A program made the position numbers and the translations under genes. Positions 1 to 12,510 of a stretch of 64,000 bases of DNA are shown here, piece after piece. Below the pieces are notes generated by a model, which made no database searches, was not told the origin of the DNA, and saw nothing but the letters and a program-made list of their open reading frames with translations. How positions within the stretch are numbered: position 1 is the stretch's first letter; each line of letters starts with the position of its first letter. The stretch is taken from contig CM059432.1 of NCBI GenBank assembly GCA_030390025.1, positions 12,586,001-12,650,000 on the forward strand. The letters run 5' to 3'. Source of the DNA: Squalus acanthias (Eukaryota).

Positions 1-360
1 ATGTCGCTGATCATTTCTGACTCATTTGATAACTTTTGGTGAAATATTAGTGAAACATGTATTGGAAGGATCAGCACTGTAACAGATTTAAAGTTTGCTA
101 ACATGTTCTTGTGAAACATTACAGCCTTTCAAGCTGATCCTGCTTATTGGTGCTTCTTCATTGCTCAAGAATTCCCAAGTGTGGTGACGTTGCCCTTTTA
201 AGAATTACACTAATACATTTATGAGCAATAACCCTCTATACAGAAAACATTAATGATCGTTTTGTGTTTTTACTGCTTGAACCATTCTACTTACTTCTCT
301 GCTTTGAAGTTATAACTGAATGAAATTTGGAAATTGAACCAAGCTATTGTGGAATTATGA

Positions 361-790
361 GAAAGGACAGACTTGAGTTTATATAGCACCTAGCCGCATC
401 ACGTTTTTCGGATACCTCTCAGAGTGCTTTGAATGCAATGAATTACTTTTGAAATGCAGCGATCAGCATCACGCAGGCAAACAGAGCAGCCAATTTGACA
501 ACAGCAAAATTCCACTAGCAACAATGAGTTGAAAGTCCAGTTAATTTGTTTTTCAGTGGTTGGTTGAGGGAGGAATGTTTGCCAGGCACCAGGAGAACTC
601 GCTGCTCTTTCTTGAATACTATCTGGTTTAAAATTTCACCTGAAGTACAGCACCTCCAGCAGTGTAGCACTCCCTCACTACTGCACTGAATTGTCAGTGT
701 AAATGCTGTGCTCAAGACATGGAGCAGGACTTGAGCCCATAACCTTCTGACTCAGAAGCAAGAGACCTACAACTAAGCCAAGTTGACACA
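361..790 (-). mobile_element. Degenerate tRNA-derived SINE (SacSINE1/DeuSINE-like)
   Basis: Diverged reverse-complement match to the cleaner copies at 32935-33398 and 47791-48274. Confidence 0.75.
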
Positions 791-915
791 GGTCATTCTG
801 GATTGGAAATTCTAGATCTTGCAAATCTGGCAAACGTTCAGCTTAATTTTAAATGTGTGCTATGGAAACCAGACCGGTATGCACAGAGTGATAGCATCTA
901 GGATTCATGTCACAA

Positions 916-1682
916 TGCCCTGAAATTGGACTTCGATGGTTGCCGCGGGGGTAAGGATCCCCCGCGATATCGCACTCCACGCCTGCCTTTATGGTTTTGG
1001 CCCACACGAACTTCAGTTCCTGGGCCTCTCCCTGGTGCCGGCGCGCAGTGTGTGCGTGTCCCAGAGGCGCAGTTAGTTCGATGCGACCTCTGGGATCACG
1101 TGGGCCAGTTAGAGCCAATGGCAGCACACCATCTTTCATTCATAGTTTTGACAGGAAGAGCTGTCAAAGCTATGAATACAACTTGCCCCCAAAAGAACAG
1201 CTAAACCTCAATTAAATTTTTTTAAAAACCCATCACATTAATAAAATAACTATAGTTAAATAAATTAACCACTTTAAACAAAAATTTAAATTTTTGAAAA
1301 AATTTAAATTCTTTTTAAAAGTTATAAAAATAAACTTACCTTTCTTTAAAGTCTCTAAAAAAGATAAACCTGTTGAAAAAATTTAAAATAATACTTAATT
1401 AACTACTTACCTTGTTAAAAGGGGGTCTTACGCCTCCTTTCTTCATGTGTAAAATCTTCAACACTTACCCTCGCGTTCAAACCTGAAAAAAAAACTAAGT
1501 GTGCTGCATGCGCACAGCCTGTAGTGCGCACGCGGTTCACTTAGGAACCGCCCCCTTCGCAATATCGGAAGTGCCGGTTTCCCGCGCATGCGCAGTGCAT
1601 GCAGGAAACCGGCACTTCGGGACCGAATATGGGTGAGTACACAGTGCGTACTCTCCCGTATTCGGACGAATTTCTGGGCCAT
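916..1682 (-). mobile_element. Non-autonomous PIF/Harbinger-like MITE
   Basis: Imperfect TIRs (atgccctgaaatt / aatttctgggccat), AT-rich core and internal hairpins at 1138-1177 and about 1566-1620; same layout as 54224-54979 in reverse. Confidence 0.65.
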
Positions 1683-2342
1683 GTGTGTGGCACCGACATA
1701 GACATAAGCTGGTGGTACTGCAGTCTCTGGACCAGCAAGTTGAGGGCTTGAGCTGGACTGAGAGACTTCAACTTGTGTGCAGTGCTGGAGGCCCAGTACT
1801 GCATTAGTGACTGCTACATCATGGGATAATATTATTTAAATGAGATATTGTCCACTATTAATATCTCATTTGAATAGTGGACTGTATTATTTGCAAAACA
1901 GCGCAGCAGTTTTATTACCCACAGGCTCTACAAAATTTCTATACATGTTCCCATGAGCAAAGTGTCTTACTTCATTTGGCAACTCTGAATAAACATCTTA
2001 ATATTAATCGCATTTTAAAGTTACTATTTATGTGAAATATAGTGCACTATGAGAAGTAAATGTTTGCATAAACTGGTTTACAGTACAATGAACAAATATT
2101 TATTGAGAAAAAAGCACTATTGAGGATTCGAAGCTTTAATATTTCTCCAAAACCATTCATGTTTCATGTGTGGTTTTCAGTGCACTGACCATTTTAATTT
2201 GATATAAAAACACCTCCAAAACCACACCGGCACAAAATAGCAACCTCAGAGCACACTTCTGGTTGATAAACAATGAAATGTTATGTTGAAGTCCAATGTC
2301 CTATATCTAGAACATTTTTGTAAGTTTTGAATGACTCGGATC

Positions 2343-2670
2343 TAGGGGAACGGTAGCGTAGTGGTAATGTCACTGGGCTAGTCAATCCAGAGGCCTGGAC
2401 TAATAATCCAGAGATGTGAATTCAAATCCCACCATGGCAGCTGAATTAAATTCAGTTAATTAAATAAATCTGGAATGAAAAGTTAGTATCAGTAATGGTA
2501 ACCATGAAACTATCGGATTGTCGTAAAAACCCATCTGGTTCACTAATGTCCTTTAGGGAAGGAAATCGTCCTTACCTGGTCTGGCCTATATGTGACTCCA
2601 GACCCATTGCAATGTGGTTGACTCTTAACTGCCCTCTGAAATGGCCCAGCAAGACACTCAGTTGTAACAA
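2343..2670 (+). mobile_element. tRNA-derived SINE head forming the 5' end of the adjacent LINE
   Basis: Pol III A box tagcgtagtgg at 2354-2364 and degenerate B box aattcaaatcc at 2419-2429, then a central SINE domain (ccatctggttcactaatgtcctttagggaagg) that I recall as Meta-domain-like; no tail before the LINE ORF. Confidence 0.7.
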
Positions 2671-2775
2671 ACCGCTACGAAAGAAAATAATAAGAATGAA
2701 ACCTGACGGACCACCTGGCATCGACCTTGGCACCGGCTACGGACATGACAACGGCACACCCAGCCCAGTCAACCC

Positions 2776-5700
2776 TGCAAAGTCCTCCTCACCAACATCT
2801 GGGGACTTGTGCCAAAATTGGGAGAGCTGTCCCACAGACTAGTCAAACAACAGCCTGACATAGTCATACTCACAGAATCACACCTTTCAGCCAATGTCTC
2901 AAACTCCTCCATCACCATCCCTGAGTACGTCCTGTCCCACCGGCAGGACAGACCCACCAGGGGTGGCGGCACAGTGGTATACAGTCGAGAAGGAGTGGCC
3001 CTGGGAATCCTCAACATTGACTCTGGACCTAATGAAGTCTCATGGCTTCAGGTCAAGCATGGGCAAGGAAACCTCCTGCTGATTACCACCTACCGCCCTC
3101 CCTCAGTTGATGAATCAGTACTCTGCCATTTTGAACACCACTTGGAAGAAGCACTGAGAGTAGCAAGGGCACAGAATGTACTCTGGGTGGGGGACTTCAA
3201 TGTCCATCACCAAGAGCGGCTCGGTAGCACCACTACTGGCCGAGTTCTGAAAGACATAACTGCCAGTCTGGGCCTGCGACAGGTGGTGAGTGAACCAACA
3301 CGAGGGAAAAACCTACTTGACCTCGTCCTCACCAATCTACCTGTCGCAGATGCATCTGTCCATGAGAGTATTGGTAGCAGTGACCACCGTACAGTCATTG
3401 TGGCACTACCACCGTGCTAAATGGGATAGATTCAGAACAGATCTAGCAGCTCAAAACTGGGCATCCATGAGGCGCTGTGGGCCATCAGCAGCAGCAGAAT
3501 TGTATTCCACCACAATCTGTAAACTCATGGCCCGGCATATCCCTCACTCTACCTTTACCATCAAGCCAAGTGACCAACCCTGGTTCAATAACGAGTGTAG
3601 AAGAGCATGCCAGGAGCAGCACCAGGCATACCAAAAAATGAGGTGCCAACCTGGGGAAACTGCAACACAGGACTACATGCATGCTAAAAAGCGGAAGCAG
3701 CATGCTATAGACAGGGCTAAGCGATCCCACAATCAATGGATCAGATCAAAGCTCTGCAGTCCTGCCACATCCAGTCGTGAATGTGGTGGACCATTAAACA
3801 ACTAATGGGAGGAGGAGACTCCATGAATATCCCCATCCTCAATGATGGTGGAGCCCAACATATGAGTGCAAAAGACAAGGCTGAAGCGTTTGCAAACATC
3901 TTCAGCCAAAAGTGCCGAGTGGATGATCCATGTCAGCCTCCTACTGAGGTCCCCATCATCACAGAAGCCAGTCTTCAGCCAATTCGATTCACTCCACGTG
4001 ATATCAAGAAACGGTTCAGCGCACTGGATACAGCAAAGGCTATGGGCCCTGACAACATCCCGGCTATCGTGCTGAAGATTTGTGCTCCAGAACTAGCCGC
4101 GCCTCTAGCCAAGCTGTTCCAGTACAGCTACAACACAATGTGGAAAACTGTCCAGGTATGTCCTGTCCACAAAAAGCAGGACAAATCCAATCTGGCCAAT
4201 TACCGCCCCATCAGTCTACTCTCAATCATCAGCAAAGTGATGGAAGGTGTCGTCAACAGTGCTATCAAGCGGCACTTACTCGCCAATAACCTGCTCACTG
4301 ATGCCCAGTTTGGGTTCCGCCAAGACCACTCTGCTCCCGACCTCATTACAGAATCACAGAATCCCCACAGTGCAGATAGAGGCCATTTCGGCCCATCGAG
4401 CCTGCACCGACACATATCCTACCCTATCCCCATAACCCCACGTATTTAATCCCCCCTAACACTAAGGGTCAATTTTATCATAGCCAAATCAACCTAACCC
4501 GCACATCTTTGGACTGTGGGAGGAAACCGGAGCCCCCGGAGGAAACCCACGCAGACACGGGAAGAATGTGCAAACTCCACACAGACAGTCACCCTAGGCC
4601 AAATTTGAATCCGGGTCCCTGGCGCTGTGAGGCAACAGTGCTAACCACTATGCCACTGTGCTGCCCTAACCTTGGTCCAAACATGGACAAAGGAGCTGAA
4701 TTCCAGAGGTGAGTGGAGAGTGACTGCCCTTGACATCAAAACAGCATTTGACCGAGTGTGGCATGAAGGAGCCCTAGTAAAACTGAAGTCAATGGGAATC
4801 GGGGGGAAAACTATCCACTGGCTGGAGTCATACCTAGCAAAAAGGAAGATGGTTGTGCTGATTGAAGGTCAATCATCACAGCCACAGGACATCGCTGTAG
4901 GAGTTCCTCAGGGCAGTGTCCTAGGCCCAACCATCTTCAGCTGCTTCATCAATGACCTTCTCTCCAACATAAGGTCAGAAATGGGGATGTTCCCTGATGA
5001 CTGCACAGTATTCAGTGCCATTCACAACTCCTCAGATAATGAAGCAGTCCATGCCACATGCAACAAGACCTGGATGACGTTCAGGCTTGGGCTGATAAGT
5101 GGCAGGTAACATTCGCGCCACAGAAGTGCCAGGCAATGACTATCTCCTACAAGTGAGAGTCTAACCACCGCCCCTTGACATTCAATGGCATTACCATCGC
5201 TGAATCCCCCACCATCAACATCCTGGGGGTCACCATTGACCAGAAACTTAACTGGACCAGCCACATAAATACTGTGGCAACAAGAGCAGGTCAGAGGCTA
5301 GGTATTCTGCGGCGAGTGTCTCACCTCCTGACTCCCCAAAGCCTTTCTACCATCTACAAGGCACAAGTAAGGAGTGTGATGGAATACTCTCTACTTGCCT
5401 GGATGAGTGCAGCTCCAACAACACTCAAGAAGCTCGACACCATCCAGGACAAAGCAGCCCACTTGATTGGCACCCCATCTACCACCTTAAACATTCACTC
5501 CCTCCACCACCGGCGTACCGTGGCTGCAGTGTGTACCATCTATAAGATGCACCGCAGCAACTCGCCAAGGCTTCTTCGGCAGCACCTCCTAAACCCGCAA
5601 TCTCTACCACCAAGAAGGACAAGGGCAGCAGGCGCATGGAAACACCACCACCTCCAAGTCTCCAAGTCACACACCATCCTGACTTAGAAGTATATCGCCA

Positions 5701-5826
5701 ATCCTTCATCGTCGCTGGGTCAAAATCCTGGAACCCCCCTTCCTAACAGCACTGTGGGAGTACCTTCACCACACAGACTGCAGCGGTTCAAGAAGGCGGC
5801 TCACCACCACCTTCTCAAGGGCAATT
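2776..5826 (+). pseudogene. Frameshifted LINE ORF2 (AP endonuclease + reverse transcriptase)
   Basis: APE motifs DIVILTES, YRPP, GDFN, LDLVL, SDH (2809-3420). RT motifs KAMGPDNIP, YRPISLLS, QFGFR, LDIKTAFD, GVPQGSVLGP, FPDD, split over ORFs starting at 3290, 3781, 4672 and 5175. Confidence 0.92.
4346..4667 (-). mobile_element. HE1/V-SINE-like tRNA-derived SINE inserted in the LINE RT region
   Basis: Reverse complement of the head and central domain seen at 16536 and 59105; the LINE frame APDLIT...LVQTW resumes after it. Confidence 0.85.
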
Positions 5827-6244
5827 AGGGATGGGCAATAAATGCTGGCGTTGCCAGCGACGCCCACATCCCATAAACGAATAAAAAAGAATCATTCTTA
5901 ATGGAGTTATGGCTCTTTAAAACTTACCATTCATGACATGATTTTAGAATTAAATGACATTGTGCTGTCAATGGTGAAGGTTTTATTGACCTCAATGCCA
6001 AATATCACACCTCATTTAAATACACTAAGAATCATCTTACAACATGACATGACATGCAATACATGCCCGGGATTCTGCGTAATGCTTAATTGTTCAGTAA
6101 GGATGTTTTGGAACTAATAGAAGACTGGTTTATTTGTAACAAAATACCTTAATTTATGACTATGTATTGTTAAGGTGATGAATGACCCTGTTAACAGAAG
6201 AAAAATGACCAATTTAAACATAAAGACAGTGCAGACTAAGCAGT

Positions 6245-6665
6245 GATGAGGATAGGCTGGGGTTGTTCTCTTTGGAACAGAGGAGGCTGAGGGGAGACCT
6301 AATTGAGGTGTATAAAATTATGAGGGGCCTAGATAGAGTGGATAGGAAGGACCTATTTCCCTTAGCAGAGGGGTCGATACCCAGGGGGCATAGATTTAAA
6401 GTAATTGGTAGGAGGATTAGAGGGTATTTGAGGAGAATTTTTTTCACCCAGAGGGTGGTGGGGGTCTGGAACTCACTGCCTGAAAGGGTGGTAGAGGCAG
6501 AGACCCTCGTTACATTTAAAAAGTACTTGGATATGCACTTGAAGTGCCGTGACCTACAAGGATACGGACCAAGAGCTGGAAAGTGGGATTAGGCTGGATA
6601 GCTCTTTGTCGGCCAGCACGGACAAGATGCCTCCTTCAGTGCTGTAAATTTCTATGATTCAATGA
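6245..6665 (+). mobile_element. CR1 LINE 3' fragment
   Basis: FSLEQRRLRGDLIEVYKI...TRGH-like...WNSLP and a ctatgatt-type tail; same family as 60557-63697. Confidence 0.9.
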
Positions 6666-6832
6666 TTTTAAAAGACCAACCTTTGGACAGTTTAGAGAGC
6701 AAATTTAAATATTTTCTTTGCAATAGGGTTGCATAATGTTCAGGAGCTTTTAACTAGAGTTGCGAAGTTACAATTCTCTGCTCCCACCATCCCACATTGC
6801 ACAATGGGTGGCCCATTTGAAATGCTATTGTA

Positions 6833-7175
6833 CATAGAATCTTAGAATCATAGAATAGTACAGCACAGAAGAAGGCCATTCGGCCCATCGAATCTGTGCC
6901 AGCTCTTTCGAAGAGCAACCCAGTTAGTCCCACTCCCTATTCTTTCCCCATATCCCTGAAATTATCCCTGTATTTATCCAATTCTCTTTTGAAAGTTACT
7001 ATTGAATCTGTATCCATCATCCTATCAGGCAGTGCAGTCCAAATCCTAACCATTTGTTGCGTAAAAAAGTGTTTCCTCATGTCGCCTCTGGTTCTTTTGC
7101 CAATCACCTTAAATCTGTGCCCTCTCGTTATTGATGTTTCAGCCACTGGAAACAGATTCTCTTTATTCACTCTAT
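6833..7175 (-). mobile_element. CR1 LINE 3' fragment
   Basis: ORF 6937-7170 reads TRGHRFKV...FFTQ; tail catagaatc repeats. Confidence 0.85.
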
Positions 7176-8280
7176 CTTTTGTTTTATTCGTTTATGGGAT
7201 GTGGACGTCGCTGGCAAGAACTTAAGAACATAAGAAGTAAGAGCAGGAGTCGGCCATACGGCCCCTCGAGCCTGCTCCGCCATTCAATAAGACATGGTTG
7301 ATCATCAACCTCAACTCCACTTTCCCGCCTGATCTCCATATCCCTTGATTCCCCTAGAGTCCAAAAATCTATCTGTCTCAGCCTTGAATATACTCAAAGA
7401 CTCAGCATTCGCAGCAAGGCCAACATTTATTGCCCATCCCTAATTGCCCTTGAGAAGGTGGTGGTGAGCCGCCTTCTTGATTTTGATCCAAGATTTTGAC
7501 CCAGCGACGATGAAGGATCGGCGATATACTTCAAAGTCAGGATGGTGTGTGACTTGGAGGGGAACTTGGAGGTGGTGGTGTTCCCATGTGCCTGCTGCTC
7601 TTGTCCTTCTAGGTGAAAGAGGTCGCGGGTTTGGGAAGTGCTGCTGAAGAAGCCTTGGCGAGTTGCTGCAGTGCATCTTGTAGATGGTACACACTGCAGC
7701 CACGGTACGCCGGTGGTGGAGGGAGTGAATGTTTAAGGTGGTGGATGTGGTGCCAATCAAGCAGGCTGCTTTGACCTGGATGGTGTCGAGCTTCTTGAGT
7801 GTTGTTGGAGCTGCACTCATCCAGGCAAGTGGAGAGTATTCCATCACGCGCCTTACTTGTGCCTTGTAGATGGTAGAAAGGCTTTGGGGAGTCAGGAGAT
7901 GAGACACTCACCGCAGAATACCTAGCCTCTGACCTGCTCTTGTTGCCACAGTATTTATGTGGCTGGTCCAGTTAAGTTTCTGGTTAAAGGTGACCCCCCA
8001 GGATGTTGATGGTGGGGGATTCAGCGATAGTAATGCCATTGAATGTCAAGGGGTAGTGGTTAGACTCTCACCTGTTGGAGATAGTCATTGCCTGGCACTT
8101 CTGTGGCGTGAATGTTACCTGCCACTTATCAGCCCAAGCCTGAATGTTGTCCAGGTCTTGTTGCATGCGGGCATGGACTGCTTCATTATCTGAGGAGTTG
8201 TGAATGGCACTGAACACTGTGCGGTCATTAGCGAACATCCCCATTTCTGACCTTACGTTGGGGGGAAGGTCATTGATGAA
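7176..8280 (-). mobile_element. 3' fragment of the 2343-5890 LINE family with a nested CR1 tail (about 7219-7412)
   Basis: ORFs 7440-7907 and 8068-8292 match 4950-5826; gcaag is repeated on both sides of the nested CR1 tail. Confidence 0.9.
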
Positions 8281-8289
8281 TATCTGAAA

Positions 8290-9270
8290 CATGCATAATG
8301 CTATTTGGAGGAAGAGGAGGAGGAGGAGGGAGAACCTTTGGATTCTAGGGAAGTGTGTGTGGCATCATCGCAGGAGCAGAGCATCTACCCACTTTGCCCT
8401 GCCAAATGAAAATACTGGCCACAAGAAAAATTACTTGGACTTGACAGAGGAGCAATAGCTTGGAGGCTCCAATTCACAAGGGAGGTAGTTACAGGCATGT
8501 GCAATATGCTGCTGGAGGACCTGTAGCCCAACTGACAGCCAACTTGAAATTTCTTGCCATGGTCTTTTTCAGGGGGTCAGTGGAGACATTAGTAACATCA
8601 GTCAGGCTGCACAAAACAGGTGACTGATGCACTGTCTGCTGGGCCAAGCAAGGAAATCACTTTCCCCAAGGGCAACAGGGAACAACAGGATAGTGTTATA
8701 TGTTTTTTTTTTCTAATGGCATGATTCATCAAGCAATGTCATTTATGGCGCCCTATTGCCCAATGTGATCCTGCACACAGGAATTGCCCATATATCAAGC
8801 AAACATTTTTTTTAATTAAGCGTCCAGTTTGTGTCCAACACTCTGCACCAGATACTGCATGTAAATGACTTATACCCTGGGTGCATCCATCATGCATTCA
8901 TTTTATGACAGTCCACCGTGCCACCATTATTAGCAGATACTCAGCAAGTCGAAGGTTTGGAGACCAAGGATACCCCTGGGCTTTGGCTTATCATCCCTCT
9001 GCAGAATATCTGCACGTTCACCAGATCCATCATTGAGCAGATAATAGGCATGATGAAACAGCACTTCTGATGTCTTGAGAGATCAGGGGCATCAAGTTTC
9101 CCAGATGGAATTTTCTCAGTTCAAGAGGCATGGACATGGAGCAGCAGGACCAAGAGCCATCTGAAGAATAGTTAGAGGATACTGCTAAGAAGCCTGAGGG
9201 ACTAGAGAAGACAGCAGCGCAAGCAATGTTGGAAGCGACAAAAACCTTGATGCAGGACACTTTCTCCTAA
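8290..9270 (+). pseudogene. Highly degenerate Harbinger DDE transposase (HARBI1-like)
   Basis: Manual translation across frameshifts gives YLDLTEEQ..RLQFTREVVTGMCNMLLEDL, FQGVSGDISNISQAA, QVTDAL, ILHVN..YPG, HAFIL.QSTVPPL, GDQGYP, ending TLMQDTFS* at 9270. Confidence 0.75.
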
Positions 9271-10654
9271 TGTACCCATACCCATGTTATCAATCCTCCT
9301 TCCCCGTCTTTGGAACATAGGAACAGGAGGAGGCCATTCAGCCCCTCGAGACTGTTCCGCCATTCAATGAGATCATGGCTGATCTGTTTCTTAACTCCAT
9401 CCACCTCCCTTGGCTCCATATCCTTTAATACCCTTGGCTAGCAAAGATCTACCGATCACTGATTTAAAATTATTAATTGAGCGAGCATCTACTGTTTTTG
9501 TGGGAGATAATTCCACACTTCTACCACCCTTTGCATGAAGAAATGTTTCCTAACTTATCTCCTGAATGGCCTGGCTCTGATTTTAAGGTTATGTCCCCTT
9601 GTCCTAGACTCCCCCACCAGCGGAAAAAGGTTTCTCTCTATCTACCCTATCAATTCCTTTCAAAATCCTAAAAACCTCAATCAAATCACCCCTTAACCTT
9701 CTATATTCCAAGGAATACAAGCCTAGTTTATGTAATCTCTCCTCATAATCTAACCCTTGGAGCCCTGGTAACATTCTGGTGAATCTGCGCTGCACTCCAT
9801 CCAAGGCCAATATATCCTTTCTAAGATGCGGTGCCCAGAACTGTACACAGTGCTCCAGATGTGGGCTAACCAGGGCTTTGTATAGCTGTAGCAAAACTTC
9901 CTCCCCTTTATATTCTCGCCCTCTATTTATAAAGGCTAACATTCCATTAGCCTTTTTGATTATTTCTTGTACCTGACTATTACATTTTAGTGATCTCTGT
10001 ACATAGACTCCTAAATCTCTTTGTATCTCCACTGTTCCTCACTTTTCACCATTTAAATCATATTTGGATCTATCCTTTTTTGGTCCAAAATGGATAACCT
10101 CACACTGAGCTGCATTGAAATACATCTGCCAGAGTTTCGCCCACTCACTTAATCTATCAATGTCTCTTTATAATTTTATGCTCCCATCTACACTATTTAC
10201 CAAACCACCAATCTTTGTGTTATCGGCAAACCTGGTTATATGGCTCTCTATTGTGTTATGTAAGTCATTAATAAATATAGTGAATAGTTGAGTCCCAGCA
10301 CAGATCCTTGTGGGACACCACTAGTCACTTCCTTCCCATTCGACTACATATCAATTATCCCTACTATCTGTCTTCTACAACCTAACCAATCTCCAAACCA
10401 GGTCAATAATTTGCCTTCAATTCCACGAGATTTAAGTTTAGCTAACAGTCTCTTATGTAGAACTTTATCATATGCCTTCTGGAAGTCCATATAAACTACA
10501 TCCATAGATATTCCCATGTCTACTACTTGAGTTACTTCCTCAAGAAATTCAATTAGGTTTCTTTGACATGACCTACCCTTTACAAATCCATTTTGGCTCT
10601 CTCTAATCAGCTCAAATTTCTCTAAGTGCTCAGTCACTCTGTCCTTATTATAGA

Positions 10655-11042
10655 TTGGCACCCCATCTACCACCTTAAACATACACTCCCTCCACCACCG
10701 GCGTACCGTAGCTGCAGTGTGTACCATCTACAAGATGCACTGCAGCAACTCGCCAAGGCTTCTTCGACAGCACCTCCCAAACCCGCCACCTCTTCCACCT
10801 AGAAGGACAAGGGCAGCAGGCACATGGGAACACCACCACCTCCGAGTTCCCCTCCAAGTCACACACACTGGGTCAAAATCCTGGAACTCCCTCCCTAACA
10901 GCACTGTGGGAGTACCTTCACCACACGTACTGCAGCGGTTCAAGAAGACGGCTCACCACCACCTTCTCAAGGGCAATTAGCGATGGGCAATAAATGCTGG
11001 CCTTGCCAGCGACGCCCACATCCCATAAACGAATAAAATAAA
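10655..11042 (+). mobile_element. 3' fragment of the 2343-5890 LINE family nested in CR1
   Basis: Matches 5465-5890; agatt is present on both flanks. Confidence 0.9.
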
Positions 11043-11689
11043 AGATTCCAGTAACTTCCCCACAACAGATGTTAGACTAACAGGCCTATAATTTCCTGGT
11101 TTCTCTCCAACACCTTTGTTAAATAATGGAGTTTTACATTTGCAATTTTCCAATCTAAAGGGACAGTTCCTGAATCGAGAGAGCTTTGGAAGATTATGGC
11201 TAAAACATCTGCAATTTCTGAGCCTACTTCCTTTAAAACCCTGGGATGGAAACCATCAGGTCCTGGGGATTTGTCAGTCTTTAGTGCCATTCATTTTCCT
11301 AATACTGTTTTTGTGCTTATGTTAACTTTAGTAAGTTCCAGTCCTCGATTCATTATTAATTTCCTTGGAATGTCAGGTATATTATCCTCTTCTTCCACTG
11401 TGAAGACTGACATAAAGGACTGGGTTTTACCAACCTCAGCGGGTCCCGACCCCGCTGCCGGCTCCATCCCGCTGTCCAAAATGATTTCCCCTGATTGGGC
11501 TTGTTAAGCCCGCCCAGCGCGTTTCCCGGCCAATTGAAGGAAACGGGTGTGTTGAGGAATAGAAGCATATGCTGGCAGGGTTAGATGAAGATGGGTGGAA
11601 CGAGGTTCGTGTGGAGCATAAACATCCGCATAGACCAGTTGGGCCGAATGACCTGTTTTTGTGCTGTACGTTTTATGTCATTTGGACAT

Positions 11690-11915
11690 GGGGGGCATCA
11701 CAGCTGAGCCCCATTTTGCCCTCTTTTGGATTCTATACACTCGCACTGTTCAGCAGGGGTCACAGGGTAGCGGCCGTGGCTGGGAACCTTGGCTATCTCT
11801 TTCCCTCCAAAGCTCAAAGACATCCAGACCAATTGTAGAGCTCCAATTCCCAACCCCGCACAGACACGGGATGGAGCCTGGGATCTTGCTGATCTGCATG
11901 GCTCAGTCGCACTCT
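11690..11915 (-). mobile_element. Old degenerate SINE-like fragment
   Basis: Resembles a tRNA-type shark SINE recalled from memory; the reverse strand has a B-box-like segment near 11870-11885. Confidence 0.4.
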
Positions 11916-12234
11916 GGGAGCGGGTTCCTTTGAGATTTATCATGCTGTGTGAATGCCTCAGCTGATTTGTAATGTGCAGACAGCCATCCAACATGAGGTA
12001 AATGGTGGTGAATGTTGGGTTGACTCTTCACTCAATGTAGAGGAGGGTTATTACTTTTTGACACTGAATTATACCAAAGTTATCGTACTTATTGTAGGAC
12101 CGCGGGGAATAATCCAGCACATGTTATGCTTGAATAGATGGCTGTAAGTGGAAGCTGGAGGCTCGGAGGTCTTGCTTTAGTTGTCCCGCCTCCAGCTTTA
12201 AGCTTTCCAAACCATTTGATGTATTTTTTAAAAT

Positions 12235-12510
12235 TATTTATTCATTCACGAGATGTGGGCGTCACTGGCAAGGCCAGCATTTATTGCCCATCCCTAATTG
12301 CCTTTGAGAAGGTGGTGGTGAGCCTCCTTCTTGAACCGCTGCAGTCCGTGTGGTGAAGGTGCTCCCACAGTGCTGTTAGGGAAGGAGTTCCAGGATTTTG
12401 ACCCAGCGACGGTGAAGGATCGGCGATATACTTCCAAGTCAGGATGGTGTGTGACATGGAGGGGAACTTGGAGGTGGTGGTGTTCCCATGCGCCTGCTGC
12501 CCTTGTCCTT
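12235..12510 (-). mobile_element. 3' fragment of the 2343-5890 LINE family
   Basis: Reverse complement of about 5615-5885. Confidence 0.9.

Larger units (their letters stand above)
2343..5890 (+). mobile_element. Near full-length CR1/L2-group non-LTR retrotransposon lacking ORF1, interrupted by a SINE
   Basis: APE and RT remnants followed by the 3' tail gggcaattagggatgggcaataaatgc...gaataaaaaa, which recurs in five 3' fragments in the window. Confidence 0.9.

Noticed and set aside
8290..9270. Functional host HARBI1 gene
   Set aside because: Many stops and frameshifts, and it is paired with a decayed Myb exon.
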